Source: Octopus vulgaris
Lineage: Eukaryota
Assembly: GCA_951406725.2 (NCBI GenBank)
Contig: OX597837.1
Location: 17,422,001 to 17,486,000 of the forward strand
Reading direction: 5' to 3'
Length of the DNA: 64,000 nucleotides
This document shows positions 25,998 through 38,321 of the stretch, piece by piece; within the stretch, counting starts at the first letter, position 1; each line of letters begins with the position of its first letter. The notes below the pieces were generated by a model. That model worked only from the letters and a program-made list of their open reading frames with translations. It did not search any database and was not told the DNA's origin. The translations under genes were made by a program, and so were the position numbers.

Positions 25998-27299
25998 ACT
26001 AGCAGAGATACCCGGCGTTGCCCGTGTTACATTCAATTGAAGAATTAGACTTTTCTGTTATATTTTCTGTAATGAACTAGAATAGCTATGTTTCGAATTT
26101 CATCAAAATTACAGATGAGGGTTATTTCCCTCTTTACACACCCTAAAAAAATTGTAATCGTGCCACATGTATCCCGTGTTCTACTGATTTTTATGCACAT
26201 ATTCCAAAATTCCAGTCTTATTGAATCTGTTAAAAGGATTTTGCACCTGAAAAATGAAGGTCATGGAACTCTAAAATGTGAGAGTTAAGGCCCCTGTTGG
26301 GGGTGGGTGTTTTAATGTCAACCAGAGAAGTTGAATTGTTGAGAATCTTTTTAACTTGGGTCTTATATCTATTGTTTGAATTTCTTTGAAATAGGAAATA
26401 TATGTCCACTGGGTTTGTAAAAAAAGAGCAAAGCTACAGGAAACCAAAAGACGAATGATCACAATAAGCAGTCAGCTACCCTACCCTAGTTGTTATCACT
26501 CCCAATGTAGGATTCCTCACCATCCAGGCACAGCCGTAAGATGCATTACGAATCTATAGCAATTGGAAGGGCGTGACCCGACTGAAATAAACATTAACAA
26601 CTGTGTGACGTGAGGGCTAAGGAGAAATGAAAGTGTCACCTCTGGAGTTTGCAAATGACCACTATACGTAACTGGACAGAATAAATTTACAATCTATAAA
26701 TGTCTTTGAATAACCAGTCACTCATGTGGGAAGGCCTTGAAATCAATGTTACTATCTGGGGACTATGTGTGACCAAGTGATATTAAAAAGACTGAAAGGA
26801 GGTCTGCAATCAAATAACTTTACTCAACACTTTGCAACTGAATCAGTGGAGGCAAAGAAGCCTCTCATTTACTTGACAATTTATGCACCACATTGCAAAA
26901 ATCACAATGTAAGTGTATGTCAAAGCAAAGTGTTATACTGTTGTACCATTGAATTACAAATAATGCTCATCTTTTATGCTCGGGTAACCCTACAGCTTCC
27001 AAGAGTACAACTGTATTCGTCTTTGCTTAGATAAAAGGACAAAATTGTGGGTGTTAAATCCCCATGGAGGGATCTTTCTAACTTGTGAGATGAAATTTTA
27101 TAAATATTATTTCATTTGTGTCTAATATCTGTGATTAAAATTTCATCAACAGCAAAAATATATGAATTGTCATGGTGGTTATGGCTCTTATGCATAGAAT
27201 ATAATTTCCAAATTTCATAAAGATCCATTCAGTACTTTTGACCTAGTTTTGGATCATAAAAAAAGGACTAAAATTTGGGAGTTAAGGCCCCCATTAGGG

Positions 27300-27310
<11 letters not shown>
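25997..27310 (+). mobile_element. Probable non-autonomous Helitron/Helentron-like element
   Basis: Starts cactagcagagatacccggcgttgcccg, which I recognise as a typical Helitron-type 5' end; ends ...aaatttcataaagatcc...ttttatatata. A similar end type lies at 28950-29060. Family assignment is from memory. Confidence 0.5.
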
Positions 27311-27373
<63 letters not shown>

Positions 27374-27391
27374 TAGATAGATCAGACAGAC

Positions 27392-27473
<82 letters not shown>

Positions 27474-27544
27474 ACACACATACAAAGAAAAATTGATAGA
27501 TACAACTGAGTGGGCAAACAAAGATATGAGCCTAGTGCTTTTTT

Positions 27545-27860
27545 TATGTTGATAAGCCTGCTACTTATTCTATTAGTTTGTTATTGTGAAACCAATAATT
27601 TATGGGGGTGTAAATAAATGAACAGCAGTTGTGAAGCAGTGATGAGGGCGAAACACAGACACACACATACACTTACATATATACATACATATATATACAG
27701 TTGATTTCTTTCAGTTTCTGTCTACAAAATCCACTGACAAGGCTTTGGTTGGTCTGAGGCTATAGCAGATGACACATGCCAAGTTACCACACAGTGGGAC
27801 TGAACTCAGGACTTTGTGTTTTGGAACCAAGTTTGTTACCACACAGCCACACCTGCACCT
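27545..27860 (-). mobile_element. tRNA-derived SINE (family B), diverged copy
   Basis: Colinear with 44610-44905. Confidence 0.8.
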
Positions 27861-27905
27861 ATGTATACATATAGATGTATACATATACATCTATATATAT
27901 ACATG

Positions 27906-27943
<38 letters not shown>

Positions 27944-28071
27944 TATATATATATACATCTATATATATATATATACATCTATATATATATACATCTATAT
28001 GTATACATCTATATATATATATACATCTATATGTATACATCTATATATATATATACATCTATATGTATACA

Positions 28072-28144
<73 letters not shown>

Positions 28145-28146
<2 letters not shown>

Positions 28147-28574
28147 CTTATAAATAAGGGCAAACGAAAAAAATTCTAATGCCAAATATGCCGAAAAATG
28201 GACATATCGTCCATTTACTATATAATTTTTTCCCAGTACGCACGCTACTCGAAAAAAAGTCGACAGAAATCTCTAAAAATTCCATTATTACCATATCGAA
28301 GGGAGGGTTCTTTTTGAACTAACCCTGAAATCGGTCCGATATGGCAATAATGGAATTTTTTAGAGATTTCTGTCGACCTTTTTTCGAATAGCGTGCGTAC
28401 TGGGAAAAAAATTATATGGTAAATGGACAATATGTCCATTTTTCGGCATATTTGGCATTAGAAATTTTTTCGTTTGCCCTTATTTATAAGTTGTTTATAA
28501 TTTAACCTTTAAAGGTATTTTTTAATATGCTGGCCATTGATAAAATATTTTTCGAAAAAATTTTATCCTACATT

Positions 28575-28577
<3 letters not shown>
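28145..28577. mobile_element. (TA)n-embedded fold-back: about 155-bp arms (28145-28298, 28337-28492) around a 5'-truncated HHR
   Basis: Arms are near-perfect reverse complements. Loop: aaggg-agggtt(ctttttgaact)aaccct-GAAA-tcgg-TC. Confidence 0.8.
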
Positions 28578-28641
<64 letters not shown>

Positions 28642-29054
28642 AATTTAAATTGAAAATAATAAGGGTGAAAAATTGAATATAAATTTGATTAGTATGAATT
28701 TAAAACCAGTGGTGTAGCATATAAGACCATAGCGGATCTTCTTCTAGCAGAATGGATGTCCAGTTACAGTTCATCCCTGTTCACTTTAATTAATAGTTTC
28801 AGTAGTAAAGTGGAAGTATCTGACATTACAATAGAGAGATATTTTTCTTTCACTTTTGACACGTAATACAGAAATAGTAGAGAAGATATGATATTGCTGT
28901 GGGCTCGCCCTAGGCAAGAAGTTTAAATTTTTTGCCCATGACACTACATGGACCCTAAGTAAGGCATGTGTAAAATTTGAATGAAATTGGTTGTATAGTT
29001 CTCAAGTTTTAGGGATTCACACAGACAGACAGATAGACACACACACATTCTCAG

Positions 29055-29091
<37 letters not shown>

Positions 29092-29093
<2 letters not shown>

Positions 29094-30375
29094 GTTCAGC
29101 TAAATTTAGATTCAGATGAATATGGTACTTAAGTTAGATGTATCAGAACTTTGTATGGTGTTATCCATATAAATACATGGGTGATTATAATCAAAATAAA
29201 CAACAAGAATATCTTCGGTAATTTGGTACGGTCGTTTCACGCTACACCATTTTATTAAATATTGTATATATTACAACAGTTTTAAAATGTTGAGCAATCA
29301 TCAGCCATTTATAGAGGTTTCCCATTAATACATAATTTTTATATTAATTTATAACATTATAGAGAAGGTAGATATATAGACAAAGATGTTGATTTGAATT
29401 TTAAGAACATTGAAGTAGTAGAGCTTATCTTATGACTGAAGAGTTGTTTTGAGCTGCTAAAAGGTTGCGAGGCACATTCAGTTGAAGGAGACAAAAGGGG
29501 TCTTCTATTTATAGAAATGGGGTTAAGTAAATGTCAGAAATTATTCATTAAGAAATAAAAGTGGAGTTATAATGCCCTAGGAGCTATTTACTACTATTTG
29601 GCAAGCAGATCTTGTATCAAGAAAATTAGGTCAATGTCAAATGGTTATAATGACCACCTATATACCCAAGAAAAAGTTAAAGAGAATTGCAGAGATTCCT
29701 ATATACCCACACACATCAGCTCCACATTTATATGGTAGGTGTTGATTATATTGATACGTTGGATTAAAGTAGAAATTATAAATCTAATATTTATTCATTT
29801 TGGGGAAAAATCTATCATTTAATGTGAGTAGGCATATTACTTAATAACTGAGGACAAGAGTCTTATTAATAAAGTGAATGCATTAGGGATTAAATATATA
29901 TTAGAAGAAAAAAGAGAGAATTTAATTCTAAATATGCAATGAAGTTTTTTTAGTAATCTATGCGTGTTGAATTAAAGGCTAGTATGGTATATTCATTCAT
30001 AATTAGTTATAAAGAATTAGAAATTTGAAAAAAATTAGGAATGGTCGCGATATCATTATTTGAAATATTTAAACGTACGGGTTGTGCGATGTATGCCAGA
30101 TACTCCTAGTTCAGAACGGTTATTTAACAGATTTGTATTATTCCTATGTCTTAAAATCTCATATGTTTCCATAGAACAAAGTTCACAACCATCTCTACTA
30201 TTTTTATAAGGCCGTGCTTTCCTTACTATATCCCATTTCAGGTCAAATTCTATATTATTCCTTTTCAGTTCCCAAATTTTACTAGACAGTGTTGAGCAAC
30301 CTGCCTTGTGTTTAAACCTAAAGGAAGAAATATGATTGTTTAAACGTTTTTTTAAATCCACCGAACAACCGAAAT
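29092..30375 (-). mobile_element. 3' part of a Penelope-like element: GIY-YIG C-terminus, long 3' region, HHR at 29224-29307
   Basis: YFGCSVDLKKRLNNHISSF..STLSSKIWELK..KWDIV..CELCSMETYEI..LLNNRSE. Minus-strand HHR: tgg-CTGATGA-(long stem II)-GAAA-cgaccg-TA-cca. Terminus shared with 58919-59020. (TA)n on both sides. Confidence 0.85.
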
Positions 30376-30385
30376 ATATGTATAT

Positions 30386-30426
<41 letters not shown>

Positions 30427-30575
30427 ACATAAAGGTGTCAGATCTTGTTTACACGTAGTTATAGATATTTAAGAAAGAAAAATATATGAATACGCACAGG
30501 AGGTTTGTATAAGAAAATTTATATTAATATTAAGATCATAATGGAACAAAGTGTTGTATTACAGCGTTATATAAT

Positions 30576-30645
30576 AAACTGGGAGTATCGGTTTCGCGTC
30601 TTACGCTTATCAAACCCTAAGATGCGAAACTGGTACTCCCAGTTT
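30576..30645. repeat. 28-bp-arm hairpin built from a degenerate HHR
   Basis: Arms 30576-30603 and 30618-30645. Minus strand: TTGATAA-gcgt(aag)acgc-GAAA-ccga-TA. Confidence 0.65.
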
Positions 30646-31307
30646 CGAACGATCAGGTAGCAGTTTGTCGTTGGATAGTGAGGAATGCATGGTGGTACTT
30701 GTATTTCACCTAACTATTCAAAATATAAGCGATAAATGAGAAAGTAAAAACAAAAATGTTTGACATGTTTGGTAACGATGGCAGTGCAGTTTTCATTTAA
30801 TGCCATTGTTGACATTTTGACGTCACTGCGATGGTCGACCTGCATGAGAATGGAGGTCGGCGACACTTTTTTTTTTGTACCTTTCGGTTTTGAAAGCATG
30901 AAGTAAATATCATCTTTATTATATATGTATAGATCATATTTATTATATATTTATAGACCACTTACAAAAAAACAAAAAAACCGGTATACATTAGTGCGCT
31001 GATTTGTAGTTTTCCCTGATATAACACTATTATTAACTGTCGATCCAAGACGAATGAAAAGAAAAGTTGAAATTTAAAGTTAGAACATATGAGAGAGTCT
31101 ATTAATACAGGAACTTTTTTTATTTTATTTTATTCTATTTTATTTTTTTCCTACAAGGAATGTAGATTTATTTGTGCAAAATTTTAACAAACCATTTTAA
31201 TACTGGTTCACTTATTTTTCCCGAAATACATAGCTTATTTTCAGATAGATATTAGATATTTGGCTCGAACAATATTTACTTTAACTTTGATTGCTGAATA
31301 TTTGTTA

Positions 31308-31345
31308 TCTAGAATCCCAACAATGTTTGTTGTTGTGTCACATAT

Positions 31346-31407
<62 letters not shown>

Positions 31408-31499
31408 CATACATATTGTATGTATCACAACACCAAACATTGTTGAGATTCTAGATAAATATATATATATATATATATTTATCTAGAATCTCAACAATA
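31308..31499. repeat. Alternately inverted triplication with (TA)n at each turn
   Basis: tatctagaatcccaacaatgtttg... / (TA)n / ...caaacattgttgagattctagata / (TA)n / tatctagaatctcaacaat. Confidence 0.85.
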
Positions 31500-31643
31500 T
31501 GTATATATAGTGGCGGACTGGGTCTAAAAATATTGGTTGCCAGGAGACTAAGAACTACAATGCTATCATTTAATTCTTTTTGTTGTTTTTTTTTTGTTAA
31601 AAGTAATTTTTCAACTGTCTACAAACACAGCCAGGTTGAAATA

Positions 31644-31674
<31 letters not shown>

Positions 31675-31840
31675 ACATAAAGTGTACTAGCCATCTGAAT
31701 GTGGCTAGTCACTGGGGGTGGGTGTTACTGACGCTTTTAGCCCCAGGAGATCGACGTCTCCAGCTGGCCTTAGACACAATTTCAGTGCCCTAGTGTTATT
31801 TGCAAAGGGAGGTCATCCTCCCTCGAAAACCTAAGTGATA

Positions 31841-31885
31841 CATACGGACTATAGTTACAAGGTTTTTGCCTCTCGTCAACGTATG
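31841..31885 (-). ncRNA. Variant type I HHR, copy 1
   Basis: catacg-TTGACGA-gagg(caaaaa)cctt-GTAA-ctatag-TC-cgtatg: 6-bp stem I, 4-bp stem II, palindromic stem III actatagt; core changes C3U and A13U. Confidence 0.75.
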
Positions 31886-32253
31886 GTAAACACCGGTTTT
31901 CGATGATTATCTTTATTATGATCAATAGATCTAACATAGAATGGGTACATTACAGGACAAAACAATTACAAAACTGCTATGCGAGTTCGAATGAAATTAT
32001 AAAAATTACAAAAGTAAAATTTTATGTAACTTGAACGAAAACTTGGCTTACTTCGCCTTGAAACGAAACCTTGGCTTACTTTTGCCTTTATCACGAGAAC
32101 TTTTAGTGCGTATGTTTTCTTTTCTTTTTTTTTTATTATTAATTCTTTATTTTAAACAGTTATGTACAGTGAAAGGTAATGGGAGGTACCAGTTTCAATT
32201 TTGAACCCGGCAGCCTATAAATCCCAGCAGCTGATTTTTCCTTTCCTCGATGA

Positions 32254-35200
32254 TTAAGCTGGGTTACTCTCACCCACCTTTCTCATCACATCCTTCCAAC
32301 GTTCCATATACTCTTTCTGTGGCAGGCTCCTCTTCTCCAACCCCATCTTGCTCTTCAGATGATATCCGAAGTATTTTAACAAACCGGGGCCATAGATAAA
32401 GGACCCTTTCACTAGACCTTCCACTCTAGTTCTCCATACACACTCTTTCCATACTGCCACCGTACAGTAAAAACAAGCCTTACCTTCCTTTGAGAGTCCA
32501 GTTGGCGGTATCATCTTAATCATAGATCCAGCCGACAGCTGTACTCGTCCCAGATGCGACAACACGTGTTCCACGTAACTTATCAAGCCTGACAGCTCCC
32601 GACAATGTACAAAAGCGTGTTGAACGGTTTCATCGTCCAACCCACATCTTGGACACGTCGGTGGCACTGACATTCCGTGCCTGGATAACTTCTCGCGAAC
32701 AGGTAATGCATTCCTATAGCACTGCCAGGTCAGGGATTTTTGGTAAGTATCCAAATACCCCGACCTGAAAGTCTTCTTAAACAGGTTGGAGAGTTGATCC
32801 TCATCGAACCCTAGAGCCCTTCCTAGGACGTCGTCATTTTTTCCCTCTACCAGCCCTTTATAGAACACCGAGGTGGTATTCCCGCTGCCGGCCTTACCCA
32901 TCTTGTGGATCAGCCAGAGTGCCTGTCGGCACTCCTTCTGCCATGAAGTCAGTTTACGTCCTTTAATGAGACCGGGTGTAAATCCCTCCATAGAGGCCGG
33001 TCGCGGGAAGAATTCCTCTGCCAGCGAACTCCACACCTTATCATCCTCCAGGTAACACCAGAGGTGTCTCAGCCTCAACGCATGCTTGCGCATCATTAGC
33101 CAAGGCATCCCCAGTCCACCCTTTAGCGGTTCCTGGCAACACACTTACAAGCGTCTTACAAGTGGCTTTCCTCCTTTCCACAAAAAGCGGAAAAGGAGTC
33201 GTTCCAACTTGTTTAACCACGAATCGGGGCAAGGCACGACGGTCAGGCGGTAGGTGACGACAGAGGCTATAAACATCTGTGCCACCTCCGCCCTCCCTTT
33301 CAAGGAAAGATGCCTTCCGGACCACTTCCGTACTATGGCATCCACCTTGCTCGTTACCTCGCTCCAATTCTTCTCCGTTTGGGAGTCTGGACCAAACCAG
33401 ACTCCGAGCAATTTAACAGGACCATCCGTCCAGTGTCCAACAACACTGGACGGTATCGGCTTGTTCCTCCAGGTGCCGAGGCGCAAACCGATGGACTTGT
33501 CCCTGTTAACTTTTGCCCCTGCCACCGCTTCGTATCTATGGAGAGCACCTGCTACCCGAGGTAGCTGTGTTCCGTTGGACACGATGAGGGTGACGTCATC
33601 CGCATAGGCAGAAACAGACTTACCGCATCCGATTTCATTAGGGTTGCCTCCCAACTTCTCCAGCTTCCGCAGCAATGGCTCAAGGGCCAAAACATACAGG
33701 AGCGGGGACAAGGGGCACCCTTGACGGACTGAACGCTTGATTGAAAACGGCTCCGTTAGGTAACCGTTTATCTGGACTGTGGACTTGATGCCACTGTACA
33801 TAGCTGAGATCCATCCGCAGAAGCCAGGGCCCAGCCCAGCCGCTTCGCGAACCGCCGCCAAGTACCGATGGTCTACCCTATCAAACGCTTTACTTTGGTC
33901 TAAATGGACCAATGCCCCTCCTTTGCCGTCTAATTTCCCGACCCTATCTATAGTGTAGCGGAGGTGAAGATTATCTTGGATCGACCTGCCTGGGATTGCA
34001 CATATCTGTGCCTTCCCGACAAGTTTCTCCACGACAGCCGTCAACCTTTTTGCTAACACCTTGGCCAAAATCTTAAACTCTACATTAAGTAGAGTTATGG
34101 GCCTGTAATTACTAATACTGTCCCCCTTGCTCGGGTCTTTCTGGACCAGCGTCACAACTCCCCGACTCACAGAGCTGGGAATCCTCTCATTCTGTTGCCA
34201 GTTTGTATAGACGCTTGCCAGTATGTCCACGAACAAGTGCGGCATACAACAATAAAATTAATCCAATCCCGGCGACTTTTCCCCGGCGCACTCGGCCATA
34301 ACCCCTCTTACCTCTGCGGGAGAGATCGATCCTTCACAGCACTCCGCCTCACCTGCCGAGAGCCGAGGCCCACCAGCTAGGAAGTCCTTTAAGGTCTCCC
34401 CACGCTCGAGCGGACCACCGTCCCCAAACAGCCGTGCGAAATGCTGGTGAAGGACCTTCTGCATATCCTCCTGTCCATAGATCTTGCGGTCCTGTACGTC
34501 AGTTAAGGACATAATACAGGACTTTTTGCCCTTCTGACTCTCCTCACGACGGGCCCATCCGGCAACGTTAATACCTTCTCGTTTTCCTGCACGTAACTTA
34601 GCTCTGACTCTACACCCCTCGTGCTTGGCGTTGAGGTGATGGTACAATACCGCTCTCGCTGCCAACACTCCAGATGCACAGCCAGATTCCATAGCCTCGT
34701 CTAAGTTCTTAACTAATTCGCCCTCTATTCTAGTCCTATCTAAACTTAGCTGCTTGCTAAATCTAATGGACTCCAAACGGATGGCTCTTTTGAGGGCGAG
34801 CCACCATCTATTATTAATGATGGTGCCACATAATGCCCTCTGTACTAATTCCTTAATCCGGGTACAGAAAGCTTCACAGGTCAGAATAGACTTGTTCATC
34901 TTCCAGTACCCGGGACCTTGTCTATGGCATTTATCTACATGTACCTCACACGTTACAAGTTTGTGATCCGTGTAAGGCACAACAGAGAATTGTGGACAGC
35001 TAACACTATTCCTATCTCGTTCCTTAACAAATACTCTATCTATGTACGATCTGCGTGAGCCGTCGTTATTACTCCACGTCCACTGTGGAACGTTCGTCTC
35101 ATCCAGTCGAAAACGGTCTACTAGATTAAAGCTCGCTAGTAGAGCCTTGAGGCCAGGATTCCCCTTCCTATCGCTCGAGCCTACACCATCCACCCGCGCA

Positions 35201-35623
35201 TCGAGAATGGTGTTGAAATCCCCTACCAAGACTACGTTTTGGACGTCAATAGAAAGTGCTCCAGTTCCCAAAAAAAACCGGTCTGCCCACGTCCATTAGG
35301 AGCGTAGACAGCCTGAAGGACTGCTTACTCACGTGCGTCACATCTAGGACAACCAGCCTACCTTCTGCGTCCAGAAAGACAGTACTTACCTGTAAGTCCA
35401 AGTTCTTCCTGAAAAGAACTGCCACGCCTGCACCTCCCTCCCGGCTAGGAGAAATACATTTCTCGTAACCATTGAGAAGTGGTGAGAACGCTTGGGGTCC
35501 TTTCATCTTGGACTCGGTAACAATAGCTACATCGATTCTATGTGAAATGAGGTCGTCCCGAAAACAAGCCTGTTTCCATTTCGATCCCTATCCACGCACA
35601 TTTATACAACCTAACTTAATCAT
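32254..35623 (-). pseudogene. LINE ORF2 (AP endonuclease, reverse transcriptase, Cys-rich C-terminus) with stops and frameshifts
   Basis: MIKLGCINVRG*, VTESK, LVGDFN, SYIDRVF, TDHKLV, YWKMN, NYRPITLLN, LDQSKAFDRVDH, SVRQGCPLSP, AYADD, CPRCG..ETVQHAFVHC, split over ORFs 35246..35506, 34258..35271, 33145..34245 and 32254..33144. Confidence 0.95.
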
Positions 35624-35646
35624 CGAGAAAAAAGAAAATTATTTAC

Positions 35647-37151
35647 TCATGGTTGCGAGAGGGAGCCTGACAGATTCTTTCTGCCTGTCTCCCCCACACT
35701 CGCCGTTGCTGCTGGGTGTTTCACCGGCGTTGCCACCGGGCTCTGGGTTGGTGTGGCTGCCGGGCTGACGTATAATTTCCCAGTTGTCACCTCCTGGGTG
35801 ACATCCTGAATGAAGCCGGCTTTTACGTGGCTTTGTAAGGTTTTATCTTTCCATCCTTCTTCGCCGACCCTGGCATATCGCCACTCCGCTTCCTTCTCGG
35901 TCGCTTTGTAGCACCTGATCAGCGTACTTGCTTGCACCCATGTTGCTACTCTCACGTTCTTTGTGGTGTATGCAATAATTTTTTCATTGGGTTTAAACCC
36001 TTTTACAGTTGGGGGGTGGGGTTTGTTAAAGTGCTGGCCTATAAGTGTAGTACAGCCGGGGTGGGATTGGAGACTATTTTTTTTGTTCGTCTGCGTTGTT
36101 TTTGTTTTTTTTGATACGGGTGGGGAGTCAGGGGTGATGGATTTTTTCCTTTTGTACGACACGTTCGTGAATTCCATTTCTTGTATATTTGTTTTTGTTG
36201 TATTAATTTCCTCCTCCTTTCCTTTCTCATTTTGCATTTCGTTCTTGTCTTCCTCCTTTTTGGAGTTCGACCTGTTTATTTTTTCCTCCTTGCTTTCGCC
36301 AGCCGTTACTTTGTTCTCCACTTTGCTGCTTTCTGCGTTCTTCACAGCGTTTTGTGGGGGGCGTTGCCCGTATTATTTTTTTTTGTGCAAACGGAGCGAA
36401 CGTGGCCCTTTTGCCCGCACTTAAAACATCTGGGCCTGCGTCCTTCCACCGAAACTCGTATGGAGTGCCCCTCCCCCACGAAGACTCTGTCTGGTAGGCT
36501 TTCCAACGTCGCATTTTCTGCCTGGATAATCATCTCCAGCTGCTGGCCTCTCCAGTGTTTTGCAATTTTCCTCTTCATACTCAAAATTGTCAATTTTGAT
36601 TCAACATCAAAAATGACCGCTGTTGCCGCCCACATCACGTCGTAGCCCGTTGGTATATCTTCTAGGGTCACTTTTGCTGTTCTGCATCCTAAATATAAGG
36701 GTAGCAGTATTATATTCTCGTTTTTCAACGTTTGCGTCGAAATTTGCCTTGCTTCTTCCGCCGTCTCAAAATGCGCCTCCACTGTAGCGCTTCTTGCACC
36801 TCGGTTGACATGACTAACTTTACTCCATATTGGAGCCATACACTTTTCGACCATTTCGTTTTTTACGTCGGTCATTCGTTTTTCTTTTATATTGTACACC
36901 TTGTAGGTGACCATTTTTTCCTTTATTGCCTGTATAGTTTCAGGGGGCGGTACCAATCGTGTTTCTTCACCACATTTTTGCACCAGCGGTCTGAACTTGA
37001 ATAGTCTTTCCATTGACACCTCCATTTCTTCCACTTCGCCACCTACGGCGTCTGAAAAACTGGGTTTTGCCTGTGTTTCCTTTTGTTTAACAGTTGTTAT
37101 ACCTTCTCCCATCTCGGGAAAGTCTTTTTTTGAACTTAAGTCTAATTCCAT
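35647..37151 (-). pseudogene. LINE ORF1 (gag-like, CCHC zinc knuckle), frameshifted near 36345-36385
   Basis: CFKCGQKGHVRSVC in ORF 36342..37202; continues as Lys/Glu-rich ORF 35647..36345. The break is near a homopolymer run. Confidence 0.9.
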
Positions 37152-37703
37152 ATTAGACAACACAAACTTGTCACAAATGACAAGAGAATTTTTTTTTTCC
37201 AAAAATAACCTATACAGGTTAAGAGTTCACACAAAAAAACACAGAAATTTTCTACCCCGAAGGGCGAAAATTACTGGGTCAAAAACAGTTCAACAATGAT
37301 ATTACGTGTAACACGACAAAGTAGACAAACGGAAACGAACTCACACAACTATTTGCAGCAACAGAAAAATATTGGTATACTCCGAGGAAAAATTCAAAAA
37401 ACACCGGTTTTCGATGAAGGAGACCTTTGCAAATAATATTTAACGTTTTTCCCAGCAACCACGGTCACTGATTTAGAAAAACTGTCTGAAAGCATTAATA
37501 AATCTCCGAACGAGATATAAACAGTAACCGCTCGACAACGTAAAGTGTACTAGCCATCTGAATATGGCTAGCCACTGGGGGTGGGTGTTACTGACGCTTT
37601 TAGCCCCAGAAGATCGACGTCTCCAGCTGGCCTTAGACACAATTTCAGTGCCCTTGTGTTATTTGCAAAGGGAGGTCATCCTCCCTCGAAAACCTAAGTG
37701 ATA

Positions 37704-37748
37704 CATACGGACTATAGTTACAAGGTTTTTGCCTCTCGTCAACGTATG
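37704..37748 (-). ncRNA. Variant type I HHR, copy 2 (identical to 31841-31885)
   Basis: Same 45 nt; forms the apex of the 230-bp inverted repeat. Confidence 0.75.
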
Positions 37749-37979
37749 GTAAACTATAGTCCGTATGTATCACTTAGGTTTTCGAGGGAGGATGATCTCC
37801 CTTTGCAAATAACACTAGGGCACTGAAATTGTGTCTAAGGCCAGCTGGAGACGTCGATCTCCTGGGGCTAAAAGCGTCAGTAACACCCACCCCCAGTGGC
37901 TAGCCACATTCAGATGGCTAGTACACTTTTACGTTGTCGAGCGGTTACTGTTTATATCTCGTTCGGAGATTTATTAATG

Positions 37980-38089
<110 letters not shown>

Positions 38090-38188
38090 TAAAAACGGTA
38101 AGATAGCAAAAGTAAGAAAGAGACCTCAATATTATATAATAGAGGAAATTTATCTGTAAAATAATATGTGACAATTATTCGGTAGACA

Positions 38189-38251
38189 AGATAAAACTCT
38201 GAGTTTCGGATGCCGAGGTGGAAAGCCACACCACCATCTCTTCGGTTATCT
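38189..38251 (-). ncRNA. HHR, U4C core variant, in a 180-bp module between (TA)n tracts
   Basis: agataa-CCGAAGA-gatg...catc-c-GAAA-ctcagag-TT-ttatct: 6-bp stem I, near-palindromic stem III. Confidence 0.7.
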
Positions 38252-38267
38252 GGCCATCTGAAAATCG

Positions 38268-38317
<50 letters not shown>

Positions 38318-38321
<4 letters not shown>

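Larger units (their letters stand above)
31907..37398 (-). mobile_element. Full-length L1/Tx1-clade LINE (5492 bp) with 19-bp TSD, inactivated
   Basis: TSD aaacaccggttttcgatga at 31888-31906 and 37399-37417; ORF1 with CCHC knuckle; ORF2 with APE, RT and C-terminal zinc finger; ends aataaagataa with no poly(A). Confidence 0.95.

Noticed and set aside
32181-32198. gaaactggtac(c)tccc in the LINE 3' UTR resembling the 30626-30640 HHR half
   Set aside because: Not conserved in the second LINE copy and no core upstream; likely coincidence.
31674-37754. Reading the 218-bp direct repeats as LTRs of the LINE
   Set aside because: The 19-bp TSD lies inside them, so the LINE inserted into a pre-existing tandem unit; the second LINE copy lacks the repeat.
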